Of a DNA stretch of 64,000 nucleotides, positions 12,289 through 26,201 are shown piece after piece. The stretch is from Octopus vulgaris. Lineage: Eukaryota. A model generated the notes under the pieces. The model was given only the letters and a program-made list of their open reading frames with translations, did no database searches and was not told the DNA's origin. Position numbers and translations under genes: made by a program. The stretch is from contig OX597836.1 of the NCBI GenBank assembly GCA_951406725.2, forward strand, positions 41,230,001-41,294,000. The letters run 5' to 3'. Each line of letters opens with the position of its first letter. Position 1 is the stretch's first letter.

Positions 12289-12585
12289 ATTTTCTTTATG
12301 TTATATTACTAAAATTCTGTTCTGTATCGGTTAGAAGAAAATATCTATAACGACAAATGGAACTTCGTAAATGTTAAGCACTGATGTCGAAGAAGAAAAA
12401 CACAAAAACTAACACAAATTAACAAATTCCAGGAAATTTAATCGATATAGAGCTGAATCGGTCTATGCTTGGATGAAATACATCCCCGTGAAAGAGCAAC
12501 CGCTTTCCATTCGAAACTTCACACACACACAGAGACACATACACACACAGAGACACACACACAGACACACACACACACAGACACA

Positions 12586-12635
<50 letters not shown>

Positions 12636-12752
12636 GACACACACAGATATGTCATTTCATCATGTTAAACCGTTTTACACAGATACAGACATACACACAT
12701 ATGTATATATGTATGCATAGATATACTGTATGAATATATATATATATATATA

Positions 12753-13264
12753 TTTATAAAAATATGGTAAAGTAAAATAGCAGCCAAAAGTTTGGCTATT
12801 TCTTCAAATATAATGCTTTATCTCCAAGAATTTGAACTGCAGTTTTTACCTCTGTAGAAATGTAATGCTCTATGACTCACGTGGGTGGACAGGGAGAATA
12901 ATAGATCTCATTCGTATTTTTGGATTCGCTAGTACTGGGTGTCTGGCATGGTTTGTCCGATGTTACAGATATCGGACGGGTATGTTTGATTCTTAGTATT
13001 TTCAAATCTAAATCAGAAGAAATCTCTGAGCTGATGAAGGAAAAGTGGCGTTTTACCCACAAATCCAGAAACAGACTGTCCTCGGGTATCGTATATGGAT
13101 GTGATCTTTCATTGTTTTTCCCTTATACCTATGTGAGTTATTTTCTGAGTATGCATTGTCTGGAGACTTTTATTTGCAGTTGAAGAAATAGCCAAACTTT
13201 TGGCTGCTATTTCTGAAAAGTTCGGTGTGTGGTAAAGTGAATTTTTTTACTTTACCATATTTTT

Positions 13265-13270
<6 letters not shown>
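12753..13270 (+). mobile_element. Short Penelope pLTR-like element with split 5' inverted repeat
   Basis: 12753-12808 is complementary to two segments of 13180-13269; 3' motif ggctgctatttc..ttcggtgtgtggtaaag shared with 15188-15222; TA flanks. Confidence 0.65.
13026..13085 (+). ncRNA. Type I hammerhead ribozyme
   Basis: ctgag-CTGATGA-agga..gtgg..ccac..tcca-GAAA-cagactg-TC-ctcgg. Confidence 0.82.
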
Positions 13271-13339
<69 letters not shown>

Positions 13340-13744
13340 GTGTATATATATATGTATATATGTCCCTATATGTACATGCATGCACACACACATATATATA
13401 TGTACATATATACATACGTACACGCACATACATTACATATATACGTGTGTGCGTGTGCATGTGTGTGTGCGTGTGTGTGCGTGTGTGAAACGATAATAAC
13501 GTGTGTTATCTTTTCGAATTATCTGAATTCTCGGAAGTTGTTAAGTTTCTCACAGACGCAAAAACTGCATTGGTAGAGTTTTTATAACAGCAACGCTTGA
13601 GTAGACACACGTTGAACTTTAGAAAGACAAAAAAACTTTGCATATTTGTGCTTTATTGTTTAACAGATAATATTTTCAAAGTGCATTTTAGGAAGTGGCT
13701 TTCATTGGCTGTCAAAGCCAATATTTCTGACATTGTGACTAACG

Positions 13745-14500
13745 TAGGCGCAGGCGTGACTGTGTGGTAAGTAGCTTGCTTACCAACCACATAGATCCGG
13801 GTTCAGTACCACATTGGGCAAGTGTCTTCTACTATAACTTCGGACCGACCAAAGCCTTGTGAGTGGATTTGGTTGACGGAAACTGAAAGAAGCCCGTCAT
13901 ATATATACATACTCTTTTACTTGTTTCAGTCATTTGTCTGTGGCCATGCTGGTGCTCCGCCTTTAGTCGACCAAATCGGCTAAATCGTAAACACACCAGC
14001 ATCGGTTGTCAAGCGATGTTGGGGGGACAAACACAGACACACAGACATACATATATATACATATATACACGACGGGCTTCTTTCAGTTTCCGTCTACCAA
14101 ATCCACTCACAAAGCTTTGATCGGTCCAAGGCTATAGTAGAAGACACTTGCCCAAGGTACCACACAGTGGGACTGAACCCGGAACCATTTTGTTAGTAAG
14201 CAAGCTACTTACCACACAGCCACACCTACGCCTATATACATATGAATATTTGTGTGTGTGTGTGTGTGTGTATGTGTGTGTGTGTGTGTATGTGTGTGTG
14301 TGTGTGTGTATGTGTGCCTGCTATCGTTTGACAACCAATGCTGACGTGTTTATGTCCCTGTAACCTGGCAGTTCGGCAAAAGAGACCGATAGTAAAAGAG
14401 ACCAAGGTTTACGAAGAATAAGTCTTGGTGTCGATTTATTCGACTAAAAACCGTTCAAGGCGTGCTCCAGCATGGCCGCAGTCAAATGACTGAAGCAAGC
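13745..14500. mobile_element. Nested SINE pair (minus copy 13910-14232 inside a plus copy)
   Basis: Family head and tail motifs in both orientations. Confidence 0.8.
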
Positions 14501-14918
14501 AAAAAAAAAAAAAAAGAAAAAGAAACAACTTAACTTAGTGCACCAATAGATATAATTATAAAGGTAAATATATAATTACGGTAGACAACCTGTTGGTTTC
14601 GATGTAGTTGCCCATGGAAGTGAATATTCCATTTCCTACTGCTTTTGAAAGAAATGTATTTGTGTGTGAAGTCGCGTGGCCAAGTGGTAAGGTTGTTGTA
14701 TTCAAGATCGATAGATCGTTGGTTCAATTCCTTGACTGTGAGGTGCGTTTTTTTTTCTTGGGCGAGTATGTATGTATGTGTGTATATGTATGTATGTGTA
14801 TGTATGCATGAATGTAAAAAATGTACGTATGCTTCCACGAGTGTATATATACTTGCATGTATGCATTTATGTCTGGAAGTATGCATGTATGTGTGTATGT
14901 GAGAACGCACGTATGCAC

Positions 14919-14988
<70 letters not shown>

Positions 14989-14990
14989 TA

Positions 14991-15070
14991 ATGCTGATGA
15001 AGAATATGGTTAGTAAAGTATGTATTTTTATATTCTTTATGAAAAACCTAATTCAGAAACGCGCGTCCAT
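14991..15070 (+). ncRNA. Type I hammerhead, extended stem II, in TA-flanked element 14985-15250
   Basis: atg-CTGATGA-agaat...attca-GAAA-c-gcgc-g-TC-cat. Confidence 0.75.
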
Positions 15071-15249
15071 GGACGACCAGATATTGATTGATTTTCGTTG
15101 CTTTACTCTCTGCGTGTGTGAATAACCTTCAAGTATTTTGGTTTCTCTGGAAGACCCTTTTTAAAGTAGAAGAAATCGCTAAGATTTTTGGCTGCTATTT
15201 CTAAACTTCGGTGTGTGGTAAAGCAAATCTTTGCTGAACCCTTTTATTA

Positions 15250-15369
<120 letters not shown>

Positions 15370-15430
15370 ACATGTATATAAATCTACATGTATATATATC
15401 AAAATAAGCAGCGTGGGTATCCAGAGGTAA

Positions 15431-15516
15431 TGCAGTACAATAGTTTCAAGCAATTCCATTTAATTGAACAATGCAACCATTACATCAGTTTAAATGCAGA
15501 GCAATCCTTAGCTGCA
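15431..15516 (-). ncRNA. Degenerate hammerhead (G5A)
   Basis: Minus strand tgcag-CTAAGGA...GAAA-c-tatt-g-TA-ctgca; stem II poor. Confidence 0.4.
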
Positions 15517-15645
15517 TAAAGACATAGAATTTAATTAAATTAAAACTGATGGACACATTAGTATAATTTTACCTAAAATCCCCAAGAAGGTAAGGTGATA
15601 GGCAAAGAACATGCTGTCTTCACCACGTTGTTTTATATATGTATA

Positions 15646-15720
<75 letters not shown>

Positions 15721-16090
15721 GTCTGCCGATAAAGGCATTTTTTCCAAATACGCCAGCTAAACTTGTTGCACTGTTTATTAGTCGTAAGACACCCGCTGTT
15801 TTTGTCCTGTTTTTACCATTATTGTTTTTTGTATTTTATATTCGTGTGGCATCATCCGTTTTTCTGTCCCTGTTTCGTATACATTCGATCCTTCTTCCAA
15901 GAAATCTAATGCTCGTGGCTTAGTTTTTACCTTGGCGCTGGCCGGATCAGAGCGATCTCAAGATTAATCAGCCAAAATTGCTAGGATGATCCGGTTCTTG
16001 ACTGAAGATTGAAGGCTCCTAATGTCCCCTCCGTGTTTTTTGTATCGTCTTCTAAATGTTTTACGTTCTTGTCCCAGTTTGTATTTTTCT

Positions 16091-16146
<56 letters not shown>

Positions 16147-16470
16147 AAGTGGTAAGCATATATCTATGTATATCAGTACATGTACGTATGTATGTATGCA
16201 TGTATGTAAACATGCATGTATATGTAGAAGCATGTATTTTATTGTGTAAATATGTAAGTATATAAACGTGTCTATGTATGGATGTATGTATGTAATCATG
16301 CATATACGTATGTATGTATATGTATATATATATGTAAATTTACGACTGTGGACAATAAAGTTTTATAACAGCAGTGAATGGATGAGATGACAAACTGCTT
16401 CTCGGTCCCATTGTCTCAATGATTCCGTGCCACTCATGCCTCCCCCCTCTCTATATTTCTCTTATGTATG

Positions 16471-16617
<147 letters not shown>

Positions 16618-16831
16618 ATATACATATATATGTATGTGTGTATGTGTCTGTTACTTGTCTGTGTGCGTTTACCCTCTTTCTTTCACTATTTGTTCCATTC
16701 TTCATCATACATCACACTCAAACACACACACACACACATTCATATGCATATACAATCATACACGTATGTGCGTGTCGGTTACACATATATATTCTATATA
16801 TATATATGTGTGCGTGTGTGTGTGTGTTTGC

Positions 16832-16902
<71 letters not shown>

Positions 16903-17059
16903 CATACACAAACACACACACACACACACACAATATATATATTACATATGTACGTATGTGTGTGCATGACAGTATAAATATAGATACACACTCGTTGGTA
17001 TATGTATTTATGTGTGGAAGTATGCATGCATGTATGTGTGTGCGAGTACGCACGTATTC

Positions 17060-17172
<113 letters not shown>

Positions 17173-17437
17173 GCACAAAAACACATACACACGCACGCCC
17201 TCACATGCTAATGTAAAGCATCCATAGCATTGACAGACAATGAGATGAAAAATGTAATGGCAGGAATGAGGTGGTTAGGGCAGTCACAGAAATTCGGTCA
17301 ACAGCCACTTCTTGTGGAATTACCTTGCACTGTGAGGGTGTTTAGAAATATATCACTTTAACTCTCTTCTTTACGTGTGTGTGCGCGCGTATATATGTAT
17401 GTATGTATGTGCCTATATACAAACATACGTCTATGTT

Positions 17438-17475
<38 letters not shown>

Positions 17476-17607
17476 CACACAGATATATATATATATAACG
17501 TCACCCTTTTCAAGCCTAGCCTGGCTCATGGGCCCGGTTTCTGTGGCGTATGTGTTCCTCCTAGCTGGACAGGACGCCACTCAATCGCGGATATATATAT
17601 GTATATA

Positions 17608-17646
<39 letters not shown>

Positions 17647-18415
17647 ATATATATATATATATACATTGACATATATATATATATACATTGACATATATAT
17701 ATATACATTGACATAGGCGCAGGCATGGCTGCGTGGTAACAAGCTTTCTTAACCACATGCTTCCACGTTCTGTCCCAGTGCGTTATTCGTTGGGAAAGTG
17801 TCTTCTACAAAAGCCTCGGTCCGACCGATGCTTTGTAAGCGGATTAAGACAGAAACTACAAGAAGCCTGTCGTATGTGTGTGTGTGTGTGTGTGTGTGTG
17901 TACACCAAGTACCAGTTGAACACGGGGCGATTTCATTGATTAGACCTCGCCAAAAATTTAAGACATCGTGCCTGTAGTAGAAAGAGTAATTTACATAGAC
18001 TTTTAAGGCGGTGAGCTGGCAGAATCGGTAGCACGCTGGACATGGAAGTGGTTAGTAGCATTTCGCCGTCTTTGCACTCTGAGTTCAAATGCCACCGAGA
18101 TCGATTTCAGCTTTTATCATTTCGGAGAAAATAAGTACCAGTTGAGCACTGGAATGAATGGCATCGATTCACTTACTCCTTTCAAAACTGCTGGCCTAGC
18201 GCTAAGATTTGACACCTTTATTATATATTCTTTTTCCGGCTCTTAACAATTTGAGATCAAATCCTGCCGAGGTCAACTTTGCCTTTTATACTTCTGGGGC
18301 CAATGAAACGAAGTGCCAGCCAAATCGACCCCAGTACTAGATCTTAAATCCGGTTCTTATTCTACCTGTAATTTTTACCGAACGGCTAGGCTACGGAGAC
18401 AAAACAAACACAGAC

Positions 18416-18494
<79 letters not shown>

Positions 18495-19016
18495 CAGACT
18501 CCGTACACACATATATACGACGGGCTTCCACCCAGTTTCAGTCTACCAAATTCACTCACAAGGCATTTAGTCGGTCCGAGAGCTGTAGTAAAAAAAAACT
18601 TATCAAATGTGCTGCACCTGAGACTGAACCCCCAAACCGCCGGATTGCAAAGCACAAAGCACATAACTATGTATACACATTTAGAGAATACGATTAGATT
18701 TCCAGCATACAGCCTTATGTCACCCAGAATTTCATGCAAAAGATTTTGAGCAATCTTCAGGCGAGACTTCTTCGTGGAATGATTCATCCTGTTGTTGGTT
18801 TTTACCAGTGTGATCATGTTTCCTTCTGGCTCAACTTCAATAGTGATGGTGATCAAGAGACTTCTGATTATCTTTTAACGCATGTTTCTTTTTACTTCTT
18901 TCAGTCATTTGACTGCAGCCATGCTAGGGCACCGCCTTGAAAGGTATCAGCTGAACAAATCACCCCCAGGCCATATTTTTTAAGCCTAGTTCCTATGTAC
19001 GTATGTACGTACGTAC

Positions 19017-19047
<31 letters not shown>

Positions 19048-19119
19048 TGTATGTATGTATGTATGTATGTATGTATGTATCTATCTATCTATCAAACCAA
19101 ATATAGTAATAATAATAAT

Positions 19120-19295
19120 GAACCAAAATATATATAAAATACAGAAAATTGCACTAATGGGCACTGCACACATCCTACGCAAAACAACTTCAATACAATT
19201 ACCATCAGAGCATCACAGCAAACCACAGCACATAACCAAAGTACACGGAGCTGCGCTCGGTAGTGAAGTGAAAGCACGCTATAAAAATAAAACTA

Positions 19296-19350
<55 letters not shown>
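19120..19350 (+). mobile_element. 5'-truncated Dong/R4-type 3' end with (TAA)n tail
   Basis: IQKIALMGTAHILRK, a short UTR, then (TAA)n. Confidence 0.72.
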
Positions 19351-19351
<1 letters not shown>

Positions 19352-19399
19352 TGATGATAATAATGATGATGATAATAATGATGATGATGATGATGATGA

Positions 19400-19443
<44 letters not shown>

Positions 19444-19446
19444 AAA

Positions 19447-19507
<61 letters not shown>

Positions 19508-20234
19508 GAAGAAGAAGAAGAAGAAGAAGGAGGAGAAGAAGACGAAGAAAAAGAAAGATAAAGAAGAAAGGAGAAGAAAAATGAGGAAGAAGAAGGAGGA
19601 AAGGTAGGAGGTCAACAACAACAATAACAACTGTAAAAATAACAATTCACAAATGTCAATATTTGTAAAAAATGTGGGGAAAAAAAGGCGTAAAAATAAA
19701 AAATTAGAAAATAAACCAAAAATAATAATAATAAAAAAAAAGGAAAATAAACATGGAAATATTTAAAAAAAGCAAACCTCACCCCGAGTTAAATACCATT
19801 TAAAGAGTGGACTGAATTCCATTGGTTCCTGGCAATCGATAAGATCTGTGATTTGGCCGCGTAATCTATTGACGCCCTTCAGTAACACGGGCCCGCTCTC
19901 TCTCCCTCTCTCCAACGCCCCTACGGCCCTTAGTTTAATTCACTATTGATCCAAATGCACTGCACCACCTCACAACACTCCCTCTTTTTTTTCCTCACTA
20001 TCTTTTCCCCTTTCTCCGTCTCTCTTTTTGTCTCTCTGTCTAATCTCTCCGTGTCTGGCTGTCCTTCACTGTTTCACTCACTCTCTCTTTCTCTCTCTCT
20101 CTCCCTCTCTCTCTCTGACACTTCTGTTTACCAAACAATTGAACCGTACGTTAGGGGTGTCAAAAATGAGCTTTATATATGTCTGTGTCCGTCTGTCTGC
20201 CTGCCTAGCTGTCTGTTCGTCTCTCTCCCCCTCT

Positions 20235-20273
<39 letters not shown>

Positions 20274-20330
20274 GAAAAAAGGTGTTTTTCTTTCATATGT
20301 ATTAATCTGTACATCACCCCCAATACTTCT

Positions 20331-20660
<330 letters not shown>

Positions 20661-21009
20661 ATATGAGCTGGCAGAAACGGTAGTACGCCGGCCGAAATGC
20701 TTAGCGGTATTTCGTCTGACGCTATGTTCTGAGTTCAAATTCCGCCGAGGTTGACTTTTCCTTTCATCCTTTCGGGGTCGATAAATTAAGTACCAGTTTC
20801 GTACTGGGGTCGATATAATCCCCTAAAATTTCGGGCCTTGTGCCTAGATTAGAAACGAATATTTTTTTAAGTAATTAAGGTAGCGAGTTCAAATTACGCC
20901 GGGGTCAACTTTACCTTTCATCCTTTCGAGTTGAGCACCGGGGCCGATGTCATCGACTTTACCCCCATCCCAGAAATTACTGGCCTTATGCCAACATTTT
21001 AAGCCAATA

Positions 21010-21435
21010 TAGGCGCAGGAGTAGCTGTGTGGTAAGTAGCTTGCTTACCAACCACATGGTTCCGGGTTCATTCCCATTGCGTGGCACCTTGGGCAGGTGT
21101 CTTCTTCTATAGCCTCGAGCCGACCAAAGCCTTGTGAGTGGATTTTGCAGACGGAAACTGAAAGAAGCCTGTCGTATATATGTATATATTTATATATGTA
21201 TATGTGTGTATGTGTATGTGTGTGTATAGGTCTGTGTGTTTGTGTTTGTCCCCCCAACATCGCTTGACAACCGATGCTGGTGTGTTTACGTCCCTGTAAC
21301 TTAGTGGTTCGGCAAAAGTGACCGATAGAATAAGTACTGGGCTTACAAAAAGAATAAGTCCTGGGGTCGATTTGCTCGACTAAAGGCGGTGCTCCAGCAT
21401 GGCCACAGTCAAATGACTGAAACAAGTAAAAGAAT
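21010..21435 (+). mobile_element. Same SINE family, full length
   Basis: Head and tail motifs. Confidence 0.9.
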
Positions 21436-22186
21436 AAATATTTTTTAAAGTAGTTAAAGCGCTGAGCGGGATTACGTCCATCTTTCCTCGTTCTGAGTTC
21501 AAATTCAGCCGAGCCCTTTCATCCTTTCGAGAATCGATAAAATAAATACCAGTTGAGCACTGGGTTTGATATCATCGACTTTGCCCTTCCTAAGAAATTG
21601 CTGGTCTTGCGCCAAAGCAATCAGTTTACTGTCTGCGTACACTCTGTAACGCAAGCCACCGCCTGTGAAGCTTAAACTCTCAAACCCTGGAAGTCGCTAA
21701 AACACTAAGAACAGTAACAATAACATTTACCAGCAACAGCGTCGGCGCAATGGCCCAGTGGTAAGGGCAGCGGACTCGCAGTCGGAGGATCGCGGTTTCG
21801 ATTCCCAGACCGGGCGTTGTGTGTGTTTATTGAGCGAAAACTCCTAAAGCGCCACGAGGCTCCGGCAGGGGTTGGTGGCGACCCCTGTTGTACTCTTTCG
21901 CCACAACTTTCTCTCACTCTTTCTTCCTGTTTCTTGTCCCCGACTTCCTATGCAACCGCTGAGCCTGGAAGTGCATTCATTCGTCCGTCGATGCTCTCGG
22001 TGTCGGGGGTTAACTTTGCTTTCTCTTCTGCGGGTCTTACGAATAGCAAAGGACCACGTTTCGGACCTCTCTCACTACACTCTGGGACAGAGACCGCTTC
22101 GCTCAACAAACAAACACCACTAACAACAACAAAAATACCAACTACAACAGCAACAGTAACGATAACAACAACAATAACAAAATATA

Positions 22187-23261
22187 TTGGATTGTCCGGA
22201 AAGTTCGTGCCGATTTATAGTAGCTTACCTTTCGACTTATTTTAGTCCATAAAATAGGATTTGACTACACCTCCATTTAGAGCACAGTTTAAGCTATCTT
22301 TTCCTGGAAGAAGGTTTATGTTCCTATGACCTGTGTTAATTCTGTAACCCTTTAAAATGGAAGATAAGAAAGTTCATTTTCGACATTTGATGCTTTGGGA
22401 ACCAGACAAAAATTGCTGCAGCTCGGCTGGGATGTGTTACCCCACCCTCCATATTCACCAGATATTGCTCCTTCGGATTTCCTCTATTCAGGTCTCTGCA
22501 GAATAGTCTTAATGGTAAAAAATTCAATTCCTTGAATGACGTAAAAAGATACCTTGATGAATTCTTTGCCATGAAACCACCTCAGTTCTGGGAAGAGGAT
22601 ATTTTCAAGTTAAAGGAAAGATGGAAACATATTGTGCAACAAAATGGTTCATATTTGGATGATTAAAAATGTAATGGCAAGTATTTATTTTTCTTTATTT
22701 ATTGACCAGCATCGGTTGTCAAGCGATGTTGGGGGGACAAACACAGATACACACACACACACACATACTCTTTTACTCTTTTACTTGTCTTAGTCATTTG
22801 GCTGCGGCCATGCAGGAGCACCGCCTTTAGTCGAGCAAATCGACCCCAGGGCTTATTCTTTGTAAGCCTAGTACTTATTTTATCGGTCACTTTTGCCGAA
22901 CCGCTAAGTGACGGGGACGTATGCACACCAGCATCGGTTGTCAAGCGATGTTGAGGGGACAAATACAGACACACAAACACACACACATATATATACATAT
23001 ACATATATACGACGGGCTTCTTTCAGTTTCCGTCTACCAAATCCAGTCACAAGGCTCTGGTCGGTCCGAGGCTATAGTAGAAGACAGTTGCCCAGGTGAA
23101 CTATGATGGAAACATATGAGAAAGATATGGTATATAATTTTGGCTGGCAGGGGCTCCTTGAGACATGTAAATTATTTTAAGGGTTACGCTAGGGTAAAAG
23201 GGTTGAGAAACACTGTATTAAAAAGCTTTAAAAATCGGCACGAACTTTCCGGACAACCCAA
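22187..23261 (+). mobile_element. Internally deleted mariner (DD34D) with nested SINE and hAT-like end
   Basis: TIRs ttggattgtccggaaagttcgtgccgattt and aaatcggcacgaactttccggacaacccaa, TA flanks; 22357-22666 reads MEDKKVHFRH../LGWDVLPHPPYSPDIAPSD../ERWKHIVQQNGSY. Confidence 0.9.
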
Positions 23262-23875
23262 TAGTTTTATGATGAGTATCTTTAAGAGCAGCAATTGAAT
23301 ATATTGTTTAGAATTGCGTGTGGCGGTGTTGGTGGTGGCGTTGGTGGCAGTGGTGGTGGTGGTGGTGGTGGTGATGGTGGTGGTGGCGGTGGTGGTGGTG
23401 GTTATGGTGGTGGTGGTGGTGGTGGTGGTGGTGGTGGTGGTGGTGGTGGTGGTGGTGGTGGTGGTGGTGGTGGTGGTGGTGGTGGTGATGGTGGTGGTGT
23501 GATTGATGGGCGAAGAGCGGTGAGTGGAAGGAGGTAAGCAGAGGGTGGTTGAGTGTAGGATGTTGAGTGGGGGTGTGTGTGTGGATGGACGGATGGTGAG
23601 TGGTGAGATGGTGTGCAGTGAGTCGGGGTGGGGACGCGGGGTGGGGGCGGAGTTTGTGGGTTAGTGGAGAGCGGTGGCTGGACAACGTTTGAATGACAGG
23701 GTGGTTGGTGAATGGAGAGAGAGGTGAGTGAAGGTTCGTGAGTAGAGGGTGGTAAAAAAGGCGAGTGTGAGTGGAGGGTATGGTGTCTTGTTTATGATGA
23801 TACTTGACTGATTTAACTAAATATAGGCCAATGGATGATGGACAGCGGACAGTATAAAAGGTAGAAGCAGCATCT

Positions 23876-23915
<40 letters not shown>

Positions 23916-24040
23916 CAGCAGTAGCAGCAGCAACGACAATTGCAGGGATATTCTAATATCACTTGCACTCAAACACTGAAACGCACACACACGGGCGACT
24001 AAACATACATATACTCCTATATATATATATACATACATAC

Positions 24041-24116
<76 letters not shown>

Positions 24117-24122
24117 CTCATC

Positions 24123-26201
24123 ATGAGGGAACTTAGCAAAAAATATAAAACTACTTCTACGGATAACCTTAAGGAAATTAACTACAAAATCAAGGAAGTT
24201 ATGAGCAAATTAGACCTCCTAGACAGAACAGAACCTATTAAACCACAAGTACCCAAAATTACTATTAAAGACCATAAGAAAGACTTCCCAGATAATGTAG
24301 GAGTACGATTAATCTGTCCGACTAAATCGGATATCGGCAGACTTAGCAAGACTATCCTGGACAAGGTGATCCCACACATCAAACCCCACATCCCACTCCA
24401 ACTATGGATTAACACCGACGATGTGCTAGAATGGTTTAACACTATCACCAATAGGCCCGACTACTCATTCATCCAATTCGACATAGCTAGCTACTACGCC
24501 AGTATATCCCCCATCTTACTTAACAAATCCCTTATATTTGCCCGCAACCTTTCACTCATAGACAGAGAAAAAATTGACATAATACTATTAGCTAGAAAAA
24601 CCATAATAGAATTCGACGGTAGACTCTGGACCAGATCCGATACCCCCGACAATTTTGATGTGGCTATGGGCTCGAGCGATTCAGCTCAGGTGACTGACTT
24701 GGTCGGGGCCTACCTGCTCAAGAAGCTTTTCTCCGAGGTACCGGATCTTCAGGGGGGTCTATACAGAGACGACGCTCTCTTCATATACCCCACCAACAAT
24801 AGGAGTAAACTAGAAAGAATTAGGAAAAAGATCAGGCTTTTTTTCAAATCCTTCAATCTTAAACTAGAATTTATGACCAATACTAAAATAGTAAACTTCT
24901 TAGATGTTACGTTAGACTTGAATAAGCACCTTCACCACCCGTATAGGAAACCCGAAGAAACTACCAAATACATCCATACCTCTTCCAACCATCCACCCTG
25001 TATAATTAGCACCACGGTCCAAGCCATCTCAGACAGACTGACAAAACTATCCTCTAATAGAGAAATTTTCAATAATCACGCACAACACTACAACCAGGCT
25101 CTCTATAGTGCCGGGTATAACCAGAGAATATCATATGTAGACCACCCGGGAGCGTCCGTCTGCCATAAAACTCCCAATTATAATCGAACTCAGCACTCAA
25201 CTCACACTAGCGATAATTCTAATTTAAACTCCAAACAACGTATAGGAAATAGGCGAACTAATAGAATAGCACACAATAGTAACCCTCCCGACGAGAGCAA
25301 TATAGATCCTATTAGGAGAAATAGAAGGGATAATAGATTACGCAAATACATATGGTTCAACTTACCTTACAACTTAGCAGTTAGGGGTAAGTTATGTAAG
25401 AGAATATTCTCTATCATTTCCAACAACTTCCCACCCACCCACAAGTATAGAAGTATCTTCTCCAACAAAACCATTAGGATTTCCTACTCTACCCTGCCCA
25501 ACATGAGCTGCCTCATAGCTAAACATAACTATATTAATATTAGAACAGCTAGATCAAGAGCAAACCATAGCGACCAACAGAACCCCCCTCATCTAGACAG
25601 TAGACAATATAACCAGACTGGCAGCCATACTACCCAAACAGTTAGTAATAACACCCGCCAACACAACAGAGGAAATACTACACCCATCAACAACCAGGAG
25701 GATATCAACGCCCCCACTCGTATTGCAACACCTCCGCCTGGGATTAGCAGCACACGACCGAATAATGCAATGCAATGCAACTGCAGATGTGCATCAGAGT
25801 GCCCGCTGCAGGGCGCATGTAGGGCGAAAAACGTAATATATTCATGTGAGGTGAGTACTCAGTTTAACACACTCACCTATATTGGTTGCTCAACCTCCTG
25901 GAAATCCAGATACTACAACCACCGGTCCTCGCTGAGACACAGACATAAGGCTAACAGCACCTCCCTTTCTAAAAGAATTTGGGAATTAAAAGACAAATGT
26001 ATAGGCTTCAAACTCAGATGGTCCATCATCGGATCAGCTGCACCTTATTTAAATAATAGAGCAGGATGCCAACTATGTTGTGTAGAACTCCTGAACATCT
26101 TGAAATTCAAAGACAAACACAATCTTATTAACAAAAGGTCAGAGTTCAAACCATCCTGTATACACAAACTTATTAATACTTTCAAATACTACAAAGCTTA
26201 G
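24123..26201 (+). CDS. Penelope-like element (Naiad-type) reverse transcriptase plus C-terminal GIY-YIG endonuclease, 692 aa, probably 5'-truncated
   Basis: RT motifs ITIKDHK..RLICP, QFDIASYYASI, MGSSDSAQVTDLVG, LYRDD, VNFLDV, PYRKP, YIHTSSNHPP; Cys motif CNCRCASECPLQGAC; GIY-YIG VIY..YIG..RYYNH..WELK..CQLC..E..NKRSE..CIH. No internal stops. Starts 9 bp after a (TA)n tract. Confidence 0.93.
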   Translation: MRELSKKYKTTSTDNLKEINYKIKEVMSKLDLLDRTEPIKPQVPKITIKDHKKDFPDNVGVRLICPTKSDIGRLSKTILDKVIPHIKPHIPLQLWINTDDVLEWFNTITNRPDYSFIQFDIASYYASISPILLNKSLIFARNLSLIDREKIDIILLARKTIIEFDGRLWTRSDTPDNFDVAMGSSDSAQVTDLVGAYLLKKLFSEVPDLQGGLYRDDALFIYPTNNRSKLERIRKKIRLFFKSFNLKLEFMTNTKIVNFLDVTLDLNKHLHHPYRKPEETTKYIHTSSNHPPCIISTTVQAISDRLTKLSSNREIFNNHAQHYNQALYSAGYNQRISYVDHPGASVCHKTPNYNRTQHSTHTSDNSNLNSKQRIGNRRTNRIAHNSNPPDESNIDPIRRNRRDNRLRKYIWFNLPYNLAVRGKLCKRIFSIISNNFPPTHKYRSIFSNKTIRISYSTLPNMSCLIAKHNYINIRTARSRANHSDQQNPPHLDSRQYNQTGSHTTQTVSNNTRQHNRGNTTPINNQEDINAPTRIATPPPGISSTRPNNAMQCNCRCASECPLQGACRAKNVIYSCEVSTQFNTLTYIGCSTSWKSRYYNHRSSLRHRHKANSTSLSKRIWELKDKCIGFKLRWSIIGSAAPYLNNRAGCQLCCVELLNILKFKDKHNLINKRSEFKPSCIHKLINTFKYYKA

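Noticed and set aside
23320-23720. Glycine- or histidine-rich protein, or functional G-quadruplex
   Set aside because: Simple (GGT)n expansion, common in this window.
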